Assembly: GCA_010356995.1 (NCBI GenBank) | Contig: ML996710.1 | Span: forward strand, 258,936-292,403 | Length of the DNA stretch: 33,468 bases | Source of the DNA: Trichodelitschia bisporula | Lineage: Eukaryota | Direction: 5' to 3' | Shown: in pieces, positions 1-11,457 of the stretch | Position numbering within the stretch: the first letter of the stretch is position 1 | How the letters are laid out: each line of letters starts with the position of its first letter | The notes under the pieces: generated by a model | What the model was told of the DNA's origin: nothing | The model's input: the letters and a program-made list of their open reading frames with translations, nothing else | Databases searched by the model: none | Program-made: the position numbers and the translations under genes

Positions 1-126
1 CATCGGACTTCCGGCGTCGTCCATCTTCGCCACTTCGGTGTTCGCCGTGCCAAGCCTGCCTTTCCGGGTAACACGACATCGGGTATGCCGACACAGACCC
101 CGTCTACCATCCCACCGGATCCACGG

Positions 127-165
127 CCTAACCCTAACCCTAACCCTAACCTTAACCCTAACCCT
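127..165 (+). repeat. Interstitial telomere-type repeat (CCCTAA) x ~6.5
   Basis: CCTAA-CCCTAA-CCCTAA-CCCTAA-CCTTAA-CCCTAA-CCCT, with non-repetitive DNA on both sides; a (CCCCAA)3 variant lies at ~216-234. Confidence 0.8.
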
Positions 166-202
166 CAATGCCCCTCCCCCTTCCCCTCCCTCATCGAAAA
201 CA

Positions 203-1459
203 TCACCAGCCCAATCCAACCCCAACCCCAACCCTCACTCCCCCGCCTCCTCCTCCCCCCAAAGCAACCAGCTCCCTCCTCCTCCCCCACCGATCACAAC
301 ACGCAAACGCCCACTTCTCCCCCCCCATCCAAACCGCCACATACCTTATGTCAGGGTGTGCAAAAGTGTGGAAGTCACGATGGGTATGGTGCAGGCATGA
401 ACAACTTACTTCCACAAAGATCTATCTGAAGAGCGAGCCACCAGACTCTTTGTTACGGGGTGGGCAGTGGGAACACGGCACACTCGCGTTTTGGATGCGA
501 AGAGGTTCGATTGAAGTTTCTACATAATGAAGGACAAGCGACTTAAGTACAAGAGTGTAAACATCGCTGCTGGTGAGCTTCTCCGAGTGTCTCGGGCGTT
601 GCTAAGGAACATCCCACTCCGGCGGGGTGCGGGAAGGCTGGTGTGACGTGGCAGCAGCCGCGGGGGAAGATCGCGGGGAGCCAATAAGGTTAAGGCCCGG
701 CATTGGTCTCCCACGACACCTTAGCACCCACTTCATCGCGCTCGGCAACGGCGGAAAATCCCTATGCAGTCCCCCCTCATACGCAACATCATGCGCCAGC
801 AGCGCAAACACAACCTTGTTCCCCAGTTCGGCCCACGTAATTCGCCCAATGCCCTTGTCCACCGCCTTATACGCTTTTGTGACTTTGGTTTCGTCGTGCG
901 GCACGAGTTGGGTTAGGAGAGCGGCGGGCTCGGAGGCGAGATGGGCGTGCAGTGCGGACGCAAAGGCGTCGATCAGACCGCATACTTTCTTCCCATTTAA
1001 CTCCTCCTCCCGTCCCTCCAGCCCCTCAAGTATATTTCCAACTCCTCCATCCCCCGTCGAAACTCGTATGCTCCTCCTCCGCCCCGCGCAGCAGCCCCTC
1101 ATCACCTAACTCCGTCCTCCACAAAGGAAATACAAACTCCTCCCCCAAGCGATGATGATTATGCACGACCGCCGCCCAGGCCCGGGTATACGCCACAAAA
1201 TTCTTCCACTGGTGGGGCTGGATGTATGGCGCTTGGTTGTAGACGCTGTTTAGGCCGCGGATGAGCGCGTTGTGAACAAGGGCCATTTCGGTGGCCAGGG
1301 CGGTCGCGACGTCGGTCTGGGGGGGTTAGAGAAGGTAAGAGGCGGGGAAGGGAGGGAGGTGAAATCTTAACGTACCTTGCCGCTCTGGAATTGCGGCGTA
1401 ACCAGTAGCGCGTAGGGCGTGTCGGCCTAGGGTTTTGCGCTGAGGGCAGAGGCGGCCAT
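203..1459 (-). pseudogene. Hemerythrin/HHE cation-binding domain protein, pseudogene
   Basis: ATG at 1459, MAASALSAKP*ADTPYALLVTP (in-frame TAG 1429-1427 where this family has PWAD). Intron 1375-1317 (GTACGT..CTAAC..CAG). Then MALVHNALIRGLNSVY..HNHHRLGEEFVFP..EHTSF, frameshift(s) at ~1055-1022, LIDAFASALHAHL..FPPLPSAMKWVLR, LTR insertion 349-718, and in-frame resumption YVAVWMGGEKWAFACCDRWGRRREL. Confidence 0.85.
349..718. mobile_element. Solo LTR (370 bp) with 5-bp target-site duplication
   Basis: Starts TGTCAGGG and ends CCCACGACA (TG..CA, TGTC/GACA inverted ends). Flanked by CCTTA at 344-348 and 719-723. Removing it restores the HHE reading frame (GTG CTA AGG TAT GTG = VLRYV). Confidence 0.88.
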
Positions 1460-2334
1460 TGTCGAGGTGAGGGAGGTGTTTGCAGGTACACCCCGCGCAG
1501 CGCACCGCAGCGGGAACGCATATATATGCTCTCCCGTCCTCTCGTATTTGGTGTTGCGGTGCGTCGCGCGCTCCGGTGGCGCTAACCTTAGGCTACTTAG
1601 TAAGCTGACGTTAGGCGGCCCGCCATCCTTGTCCAGCCTTGTCTCCAAGATATCGGGCCGTGCTGGCGTGTGTTGGATTCGGGGATACTGCTGTTTCGGG
1701 GTTTGAGGACGGATTTCGGCGCGGTCGTCCGAGGTGTGATTGGCGGGGTACGGATGTGTGTTGGTTGGGAATGATGGGAAGGGGCATACCTGAGTGCGCG
1801 AGGCTGAGGGCATGCTGAGATCTGCAGGGGCACTGAGTGGACGGGAGGCTGCATGAGGCTAGGGTATGGACGTCGAAGGTGTATCCTGCGGAGTGGATAT
1901 AGACAGGTCAGTCCACGATGCCGGACGGGTTGGCCCGTAGTGCACCCAATCCTCCCCTTCTATCGTCGACTGAGCCCACACCCTGACAGTTTTGTCCGCT
2001 CTCCCTCTGTCTTCCACAGGCGGCGGGTTCCGTCACTCTAGAAAGCGTAAGCAGTACTCTGTATACCTCTTAGAAGCTCACAAGACACATTTGGTACACC
2101 GGGCCGCTTCGTGATTGGTGTCAGCACTTCTTGCTCGTAGCTCGTAACAGTTGTTTGACCTGTGACTCCCTATTCGGGGCGGCGAGGTCAGAGTGATGTT
2201 CGGAATAGTGGTGCTGACCGCAGTAAAGCTAATGGAAGTATAGGTTTGAGACGTTCAATAGCTGCGGTTTGAAGAAAGAGGTTGTAAAGAAGAAAGAGAG
2301 AGTTGGAGACAGTCCAGATAAAATTCGTTGCGGG

Positions 2335-2439
2335 TGCTCAGTATCCTCCGATGCTCCTTCCTCTTATTGCGCGCACATTACATCATATGTCTTCCTAAGA
2401 CTGATATGCTCCTTGCAACGGTAAGTACCGTTGATGCCA
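2335..2439 (-). repeat. Dispersed repeat, diverged inverted copy of 16544-16663
   Basis: Reverse complement TATGATGTAATGTGCGCGCAATAAGAGGAAGGAGCATCGGAGGATACTGAGCA versus 16611-16663 TATGATGTAATGCGCGCATGATAGAAGGAAGGAGCAATGGAGGATACTTGGCA, 43/53 identical by hand count; weaker similarity continues upstream. Confidence 0.7.
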
Positions 2440-3295
2440 TAGTGCCATAGATGCCCTGTACGCAGGCATGTACATCAAAGCTTAAGTCGGACTAGGAAAA
2501 AACGTCCGAGTCTACGCCTCCCAGCATTGTCCTCCTGCAACGTAGAGTCGCCTTGATGTCGGCGAGCCGTCGGGTATATGCCGCCAGGTGGCTTCCGTTA
2601 CGTAGGAGTTTAAAAGTCCCAATGGCGGTGCAAGTCTTAAGAGAAGCGGTCACTGTGCGAGGACTAGAACTAGCTGGTGATGAGTGGGTGACCGGGCCGC
2701 CTGCAGTTGCGATAAGATCAATAATATGCCCACTAGCTCTGGGTCTTAAGTATTTTCGCCATGGCAACGTGTCAAACAGGGAGCTCTAATTCAGCGGATG
2801 TTAGCACATATAAGACTACGATGAGCATCAATACTACTCTGCTCGCGGAGCCGGGCGAAGGAACCGCTGAAGAGACTGCCGGGTTGGCTTCCTTGCGGCA
2901 CGGCCTTCTTTACCGGCTGGCAGTAGCTAGCTCCAGATCGCTTATATCGAGCGGAGCACGTTCGGCTTCTAACGTACGATGTGAAGAGTGGATTGTGCTG
3001 GGTAGGAGAATACGGGCTGAGACCGCTATGGTTGGCTATCGAGTTCCGTATTGAAGCTTCGGTGGCTGTAGCCCTGGAATTGTCAGCCCGTCGAGAGAAG
3101 TGACGGTAATGGAGGGAGGCGCCGATAACGTTATAATGGGATACAGTCCAGCTCCGGCCTTCTAGAACTAGTATCAAAATCAGTCCGGAATCCAAGTTAA
3201 GAAAACCGACAGAATCCGCTATTCCGAGGATCTCTATAATTCCCGAGCCCCCAGCCTTACCCGCAGGCCACAGTGCTGATCACCTCGTGGATTAG

Positions 3296-3507
3296 TGTGA
3301 AACCGCTATATCGACCCTAGGGCCGATCTCCGCACCCAACATGCATATAAGATCGGGGCGAATCGGTCCATCCGGCCATCCCATTCCAGTACCGAACCCG
3401 CCTCCATTAGACCCTACCCGTACGCACCCTCATCGCCTCTCCCCGAACCTAGCGGAAACCAACCCTAACGCCGTCCGCAGCGCATCTCTAGACCCCTAGT
3501 TCTCACA
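3296..3507. mobile_element. Possible degenerate LTR
   Basis: Ends TGTGAAAC..GTTCTCACA, internal CATATAAG, and a purine tract GGGGATTGAGAG abutting on the minus strand; no TSD. Confidence 0.3.
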
Positions 3508-4319
3508 CTCTCAATCCCCAAATTGTACTCCCACCTCAAGCGACACCTTTAGCACTCCCGGCCCGCACTCCCGCCTCGGCCGGACCCGCGCCCACCAGAT
3601 TAGCGGATCTACCCGGCGCCGTTTGCTCCTTCCGCAGTACGCATGCGGGGTAACGACCCCGCCTTGAATCTCAGACGCCCATCTCGTTAACCCACGACAT
3701 GCGGGGATTGTCGTCAAATCACAATTATGATACCGGCGCCATCCTGAGCGGGCCTACCACGCAGACCACGCAAAAAACTTCTGAGGTCATGCACGCGCCT
3801 TGCGGGGCCTCGTCTCTTGCACTCACCGCTCGGCAGAGCATCCGCTGTCCCGCCCGCGCCCACATCACCCGTGCTAAAAAAGCAGGGTCCTGATTGCAGA
3901 GCCGCGGCGCGGCTCGGCACGCATTAGCTCGCCGAGTCGAAAAGGACGATATCGCGCGAACCCCATGACAAAAAGACCTGCCCCCACGCCGATTTGAACG
4001 ACGGACCTTTGCATTTCGTGTGCACGGTAGACGTACAAGTGCAACGCTCTACCCCTGAGCTATAAGGGCTGATAGGTGGGGATGGATTATGAATGGCAAA
4101 TGATGAAGAATACAGAAGGCGGATGGGTCGGAGGCGGAGGGCGAGGCTGAGGTGGAGGGAATGCGTGGGGTGCCTAGGTCGCAGGGCTGAGGGGCGGTTC
4201 GCGGGCTTGGAGGACGCGGAACGGACACGATGCGATGTGTTTGGTACCTCCAAGAGTAAGCAAGCTACTATCATTGCGCTGAACGCATATCATACATTCA
4301 AATCCGCTCAGTAACTCCG

Positions 4320-6196
4320 CTAAACATCAACCTTAACGCCCTTCCCATCCGGCCGCACGTGCAAATCAACCCTCTCCACCGCCCCCCTCCGCGCAAGATA
4401 ATTCTTCCTCAAGCGGATATAGCTCACCCCCGCAACCAGGCACGTCAACCCCAGCGCCAAACTCGCCCAATTCATGCTCTCGGTCGTCGGATTCGGGGCA
4501 CCGGGGAACATCGCGCTCACCAAGAAAACAACCAGAAACAAAATCGCCAGGACGTTAAGCACGTTCCCGCCCCAGTGCCCTAAGTTGAACGGTGGAGTGA
4601 CCCGCTTCGGGCCCCAGTTCCGGTCGTGCAGCCGTGCGGCCACGCAGATTGTGTAGCTGACCATGAGGCCTGCGTTGCCGATGGTTTGGATGTTGAGGAA
4701 GGCGGCGTTGGAGCCTAGTGGGACGACGGCGATGCAGCTCCCGATTACGAGTGTTAGAAGCACGGCGTTGAGCGGGACGTGCCGTCCGGGATTTACGCGG
4801 CTTATCCAGCTTGAGTACGGCAGGCCGCCGTCGCGGGCAAACGCAAACAGTTGCCGCGAAGAGGTAGTGTTGGTGTTAACCGACGCAAAGAAGAAGAAAA
4901 AGAAGATGAGTGCGGTCATCACTATCGTCGCCGCGCGGCTCCCCGTCGCATCCCAAATCACTTGTATCCAGGGTTGCCCCGTCGGGCTCGCGAGCACGGC
5001 GTCTACGTCGCCGATTACAAACAGAAACGCGAGTAACATGCTGAACCCCAGGACGTAGTTCACGGCCGTATACCCGAGCATCGCGCGCGGCAGGTTGCGG
5101 CTCGCATCACGCAGCTCCTCGGCAAGATGGACCGCGGAATCGGACCCGATGAGCGTAATAACCGGGCCCGTGATCCCGACGAAGCAGGCCGTGCCGATGC
5201 TGCCCCACCCGGCATTGTCCTGGAAATCGGTAAAAACGGTTTTGGCAGGCGTGTGCTCGCCCATCGCAACCAGCACAATGAGGAACACGAAGAAGGCGAC
5301 GATGTACAGGGCGAAGACGCAGCCTTCAATGACTGGGAGCTTGCGCGCGAGGAGGGTGTTGAAGACGGGGGCGAGGGTGCAGATGAGGATGGTGAGGAGC
5401 ACGGTTTGGTAGGCTTTGGGGACGTAGGCGCTGTTTGCGACGACCCCGAGGCCTTGGAGGGTGGTTGCGCCGACGTTGGCGGCGCCTGGGACGTAGGATT
5501 GCCAGCCGAGGGCGCACATCCAGCCTAGGTGATGTTAGTGATGGACGTGGTGAGGCTGAGACAGAAGGCCGGAGTGACATGAGCCAAAATGCTGAAGGCT
5601 AGCCGATACATAAAGCTCCAACGGGATCAGGGCAAAGGCAGGAATATAAACGGGAGATACACGACGTACCGACAGCATAGCTCGCAGGCTTGCGCCACTT
5701 CGGCGGTGCAAAGACTGAAACCCAATGATACTGGCCTCCCGCAGTGGGCTCGCTGCATGACGTCAGCATCCCCGGCCAAAACATTCGCAGCCCGAAGCGA
5801 AACTCACATGGAAGCCATCTCCGCCATACTCAACACTACAGTAAACAGCCCCACACAAACCGCCAGGAAAACCCAAACAACCCCCGCAGGTCCCCCATTC
5901 ATCAAGCTGTACGCGCCGGTAATCATGCCAAATGGCCAAGTCATCGCGACCATAACCGCATACCCAACGAGGGTGGTGACGCTGAACAACCGCTGCGGAT
6001 CGGGACGTTAGCCCAGCGCCTTGGGTCTAGCGGGAAGGATTCAACCTACATTCAGCTCCTGCTTCCGCCCCATGCGTCGCATGTCCTCCTGGTCAGCCCT
6101 GGTCCCGACCACGGGCGCCTCGACGACATCGTCGAAGACTGCAGCATCGTCGACGCGACGCGAGCGCACCGAGGCTTTTTCTTTGTCACCTGCCAT
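4320..6196 (-). CDS. APC-superfamily amino-acid permease (GABA/choline transporter type), ~539 aa
   Basis: Exons 6196-6050, 5992-5808, 5752-5670, 5524-4320 with canonical splice and branch sites. Motifs MGRKQEL, NGGPAG, SMAEMAS-EPTAGGQYHWVS, GSDSAVHLAEE, SSRQLFAFARDGGLPYS; many hydrophobic helices. Confidence 0.93.
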
Positions 6197-7010
6197 TGTG
6201 TCGGGTCGGAGGTCGTGGGACGCGATGTGAGATGGGCGATGCCTAGTTTAAAGTATGGCGGGGTCGGTGTGATGCCCATGAAGCTCGAGGCGGGGTCGCG
6301 AAGCGAGTGTGCTTGAGGTCTTTGCAATACATGCAAGCCACATCAACCTGCGTCAATCTGCCGCAGCTTCCGGAGTATCAACGTCCATACGAGGGACATC
6401 ACGGGATACTGCGAGGACTGGGGCACGAGTCTCGATGCGAGAGGGCCCGAGTGTGCGTTTAGAACCGACCGGGGGATGAGGACGTTGGGGGCGGGGGAGG
6501 GGCAGAGAAGTAAGCTGACCTGCGCCGCTTCTCTTGCGCTTCAACGGTATTCAGCCGTTACCCGGTCCGTGACCATGTTGCTAATCCGGAGATTGCGTAG
6601 CTGCAGCCGTAGCGTAGGCCGAAGCGACGGGTAGCGCTCTAGCGTTGTCGGTCATTGCTCCGTCTATGCAGGGGGATTTTGGAAGTTGGTGATAGGATGA
6701 GGAGTGGTGGTTGATCAAGCATCCCTGCACGCGAGATACGGTAGGCGCGACGGGCCGACGCGCCCGTAGCGTTTACGGCTAGCGATAGCGCACCCGATTC
6801 GTGGCCCTTCCCGCGCGCTAGGAACGGGAGCCGCGTAGAGATGTTGTTTTTGCGGGGAAGGTGGACATTCTGCGGCCCTCCACCATCAAAACTATGATAT
6901 TTCACGACGCGATGCCCAATCCTCCCATCCTCCTGCTGATTTTTGTCCTGCGCTAGCAGCTTTCTCCATCCGTCTCCCCCGCTCAGAGTCACTTTAAAAG
7001 ATCTTGTAAA

Positions 7011-8062
7011 ATGGGCAAGCATGCGCACCTCCGCCATCGCCTTTGTCGTTCCCGCTGGATCGCTGCCGTACCTAACGCGCAGCTATATACGGCTCCGAAA
7101 ACCGGTTCGCCAGACTGGCGCACGAGAACAAGCAGCGCTGGCTATGGTTTGCGCGACTTCTGGGTATTGTGCTGGTGCTGTTGACGCCCGACGTGGGCTC
7201 GAAGATTGAGTGGAGGCAGTGCGCCATTGACGATGGTGTAGTACTTGAGGTGTATGTGAGTTGCGGGGTCCTAAAAGAGGAGGAGTTGCTGACGGTGCTG
7301 ATATAGCCCGTATACATCATCTACTAGATCTTCCTCTCCCTCCGCGCTGGGCTCGGCAAATCCGAAAAGTGATTCCCCCGCCTCACGCACCTCCGAATCA
7401 CGCCTCCTCTCCACGTTACGCCCCGCCTTCTTCGCCAGCGCATCCCGTCAAACCCTCCCGTCATATGCCTCATGCAAACGCTCTTCACCCGCAATCCCGT
7501 TGCGTGCGCCTCTGGTTATGGTCGATGCTGTCCGCGATCGACGTCGAGACCCTGTTAGGCTGGCTAATTATGGCTGTTGGATGCTAGTCGGTGGATTTGC
7601 TGCGCGCCGGGGAATTGGGCTTTTCTGGCTAATGTGGGTCTTCGGGAGTCTACCGTATATGTTAAGTGCTGATGAACCGCAGGCGGTACGCTGGACTGCA
7701 ATGACGACGTCCGAGACGCTGCTCGAGCTGGCGCTTGTGAGTCCCGTGCGGCTACCGTGTGGGCCGTGGGCTTTCCCGTGGATATGAAGATTGAAGTCGG
7801 CGGCCCGTTTACCTGCCCTTTGATATCCGTCCCCCCTCCCTATCCCAAGCCTAATCACCATCCCAATAGCCCGCCTAGTATCTATCTCCCGCTCTGGACC
7901 TACCTGCACCACTACAACACGATCTTCAGCCAAGGCCACAGCAGCATCGACATCGTGCCCACCATGCTGACAGAGGTGTTCCAGGTCAGTGCGGTTGTGG
8001 CCCCGGCGCCGGTTATAATTCTTTTCTCAAATACAGGTCTCTCGCCGTATCACAAGCCGTGA
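7011..8062 (+). pseudogene. Degraded multi-exon membrane-protein gene (MARVEL-like, tentative)
   Basis: ATG at 7011, GC-AG intron 7015-7082 (CCTAAC branch), exon AIYGSENRFARLAHENKQRWLWFARLLGIVLVLL, intron 7256-7306 (GTGAGT..GCTGAC..TAG), then stops and frameshifts. Later hydrophobic pieces are AIDVETLLGWLIMAVG and C..C-RAATVWAVGF. Confidence 0.4.
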
Positions 8063-8258
8063 TACCGCAAAGGTCGGTTTTATGCCGTCGGGGGGCATAG
8101 GAGGGCTTGTAACTGACGTTCTGCATAAAGGATAAAATCCTCATGTGCGATTAATGTGGTCTCCTCAATATCTCCATCCAGGAAATCGTCGAAGAACTGA
8201 CGACAGAGCCCACCGAGGAAACACGACGGTGTTGAGGAAGCTTTCTCTCAGTTCCGCC

Positions 8259-8449
8259 TTGTCTTCTCGATGGCCTCCGTTGTCTCCTGTGATGACGTCC
8301 ATAAGGTCTCCAAAGATAAATAAAGTTTGGATGCCCCGAGTCCGACAAAGACTACATCGAGTGGCTTCGGGGCGTCCAATCTTTCTTCATCTTTGGCGAT
8401 CTTATGGACGTCATCAAACAGTAGACGGCAGAGCCCACCGAGAAGACAA
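8259..8449. repeat. Long imperfect inverted repeat (arms 8259-8343 and 8363-8449), plus a third partial copy at ~8165-8235
   Basis: Arms align by hand with 14 mismatches and one 2-nt gap over ~87 nt; perfect core GATGACGTCCATAAG / CTTATGGACGTCATC; ~19-nt spacer. Confidence 0.88.
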
Positions 8450-9509
8450 CTCGGTGTTCAATGGTCGCGGATCGCTCTGGATATACACTATCACGGAGCC
8501 AGAGCGCCTGATCACAATCTCAGGCGGTGGTTTGGAAGACAAAGCGATCTCGAGACCTACTAAAATCTAGTGCTAGACAGTCGGGAGCTTTTGTACGTCT
8601 TCTGATTTTAGGGAAAGCGTGTTGATCAATACTCCCTAGACAACGCGCACCGAAGTTTGGTGGAACTAGAGGTGATCCACCTATTCAACAGGGGTTCCTC
8701 TCTAACTTCAGCTCTTCATACTCTTGACTTTGGTATCTCATCCACCTTTTTACTATTTCCACAGGTCAGTCCTCTCTTCCGCCCTGTCCCAGTTATTGAT
8801 CGCTCTCCCCGTTGCTGCCTCACCGAGACACTCCACAATGCCGGCTCGGTAAAATGGCTACTGCGCTCGAACGCATCCGGAATTGGTTGAAACGATGATA
8901 AGCCGTAGTACAGCCTTAAGTGTAGTTATTCCGTCATGTATCCAGGCTTGAAAAATGATTCTAGTGCAACTATACACCGTTCGCACCGAGCGCAATGCTG
9001 TTCCGGCAACGAGCCCCCCACATGTTTTCCGCCGCGGGCCCCGCTTCCAACGGTTACCGAATTGGACCCACATCCCTTATCACCACACCTTGTCAACGAT
9101 GCTGTGCAACAATCGCGGTGGGCCAAAAGTGCATAAACACCGAGTCATGGGTCATCGGCATCTGGCGCGGGAATTTAGCGTCCCCGCCGGGACCTGCATC
9201 AACTTGCCCAGACCACCAACCTTTTCGCCCCCGCGACAAGCTTCCGAATCCCGGTTTGCTCCCGTGGACAAGCCGATCGCCACCAGGATCGCGTGGGAGC
9301 AAGCCCGGTCACGGCCTAAGAATGGACCAACTTCATTTCAATCCCGGCCAATCACGCCCCCCCTCTTGGCAACCTGCCCGAATAGGCAACTGGAAACAGA
9401 CTTCATCCACGCGACGATCGCGAAGCGTATCTACCCCGCGCGCGGACGTGAAGGCACCCTTTGAGCAGGTCGCTGGCCAGGCCGCGTCCACGCCTTTTTC
9501 TCGCAGAGG

Positions 9510-9517
9510 TATATAAA
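9510..9517 (+). promoter_or_regulatory. TATA box of the aspartic protease gene
   Basis: TATATAAA ~55 nt upstream of the ATG at 9572, in GC-rich surroundings. Confidence 0.6.
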
Positions 9518-9571
9518 CCCACAGCCGAGCCCTATGGCATTCGTCCCTCATCCCCCACCAGCCTCGCAATC

Positions 9572-10968
9572 ATGCCCCTCCCCATCCTAACCTCGTCTCT
9601 CCTCTCCCTCCTCCCCCTCTCCGCCGCCCTCACCATCCCCCGCCCCACCCCGCCCCGCCCCGCAACCTTCCACCTCCAGTCCTTCGCCCCCGCCCCCTTC
9701 GCCCCGCCCACCGCTAACATCCCAACCGACAACCATGTCCCCCTCGCGCGCAACCCGGGCTCCACCCGCTCCCGCAGCGCCGCCTACCTCGCCGCCATGC
9801 GCCGCGGCGCCGAAAGCGACGGCGCCTTCAGTCTTTCCACACCCGACTCCCCGGCCACAGCGCCGCTCATCAGCGCCGGCGGCGGCGTCGAGTACCTCGT
9901 GTCCATCACCTACGGCGGCGCGGACGTGAGTGTCATCCTTGATACTGGCAGCAGCGACACTTGGCTCGTGCAGTCCGGGTTCAGCTGCGTGGACGCCAGC
10001 GGCGCGGCGCAGGCGGAGGCGGCGTGTGGGTTTGGGCCGTTGTACAACGGGTCTTTCGGCGCGGGGGAGAAGATTGCGGATCAGAACTTCAATATCACGT
10101 ATGGGGATGGCGAGTTCGTCACTGGCGACATGGGGTACAAGGACGTCACGATTGCGGGGCTGACGGCGTCGCACCAGGAGGTATGCTCTTCTATCCCGCT
10201 ACTGAGCACATGGCTAACCCCCTACCCTAGGTCGCGCTCGGCACCTACGCCTACTGGAACGGCGACAGCATCTCCAGCGGCCTGCTAGGGCTCGCCTACG
10301 CCGCCATAACCAGCGCCTACGCCGGTACCGTCCCGTCCCAGGACACGACGCAAGAACCCTACTCCCCCGTCTTCACAACCATGTACACGCAAAACGTCAC
10401 ATCGCCCATGTTCAGCCTCGCCCTGCAGCGGGGGGCGAACGCGGGGTATCTAGCGCTGGGCGGACTGCCTCCGGTTACGGTGAGCGGGTCCTGGGCCCGC
10501 GCGCCGATTTTGCAGTCTGTGGTTAGGAGGACGGGAATGGCGGAGTATGCGTTCTACACGCTGGTGCCGGATGCCCTGGTGTATGGAGGCAGGAGCCATG
10601 CGAATAGCGCGCAGTACATTGTGGACTCGGGGACGACGCTGGTGTATCTCCCCAGCGCCGTGGCACAGGCGGTGAATAACGCCTTCACGCCTAAGGCAAA
10701 GCTTATTGCATCCCAAGGGGGCTATTTCGTACAGTGCAATGCGAAGACGCCGGATTTTGGGGTCACGATTGGGGGGGTTGTGTTCAAGGTCAGCGCGGCG
10801 GATCTGGTGTATCAGAATCAGCGGGATCCGGCGAGTGGATTGTGCCTCACCGGGGTGCAGGATGGTGGGTCTGGGCCGTATATTTTGGGGGATGTGTGGA
10901 TGCAGAATGTGGTTGCGGTGTTTGATGTGGGCGCGGCGGAGATGCGGTTTGCGGCGCATAGTTATTAG
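9572..10968 (+). CDS. Secreted pepsin-like aspartic protease (family A1), ~448 aa
   Basis: Signal peptide MPLPILTSSLLSLLPLSAA; exons 9572-10180 and 10231-10968 (GTATGC..GCTAAC..TAG); catalytic DTGSSDTW and DSGTT, flap ITYGDG, SGLLGLAY, ILGDVWM. Confidence 0.95.
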
Positions 10969-11408
10969 AGGGGGATTGGGGGCGGATGGTGGTGGGGGGC
11001 GGGATGGGAAGGATTGGAATGTGCGTATAGGATTTGTGTATATGGCTATCTACTCTGTGCATCAGCCTGCGCTGCCGTGCTCCCCTATCAGCCCCTTAGC
11101 CCAGCCCGCCCTTCTATACCCGCACACGTCTGCGCCTCCACCAGGCGGCCCGGTCTTGTATCTGTGCGTCGTTACAGCGAGCGCGTCGTCCTACGTCCCG
11201 CGCTCCGGTATTCGGTAGGGCCGCGGCGCGGAAAGCACGACGGAGGTGCCGGCCAGAGCTGAGATTCCGAGGGTCGTGCCAAATAAATCCGCTCCAGGGT
11301 CGGTCTTCTCTGCTCGGTCCTCGCCGGCTCCACAGTCGAGGAAGGAGGGTGTATCGCTGGCCCGTTCCCCCATCTACCGCAGCTCGCCCACCCACCCCAC
11401 AGCCCGCC

Positions 11409-11457
11409 CACCCCGCACCCCGCACCCCGCACCCCGCACCCTGCACCCCGCACCCCG
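11409..11457. repeat. 7-bp tandem repeat (CACCCCG) x7
   Basis: Seven consecutive units, one of them CACCCTG, followed by degenerate units to ~11476. Confidence 0.9.

Noticed and set aside
38..527. Pro-rich plus-strand ORFs (PNPNPN / LTLTLT)
   Set aside because: Translations of the CCCTAA tract and C-rich antisense of the HHE tail; they run into the LTR.
2416..2433. 8-bp hairpin CAACGGTA-AG-TACCGTTG as a Helitron 3' end
   Set aside because: No CTRR terminus at the expected distance.
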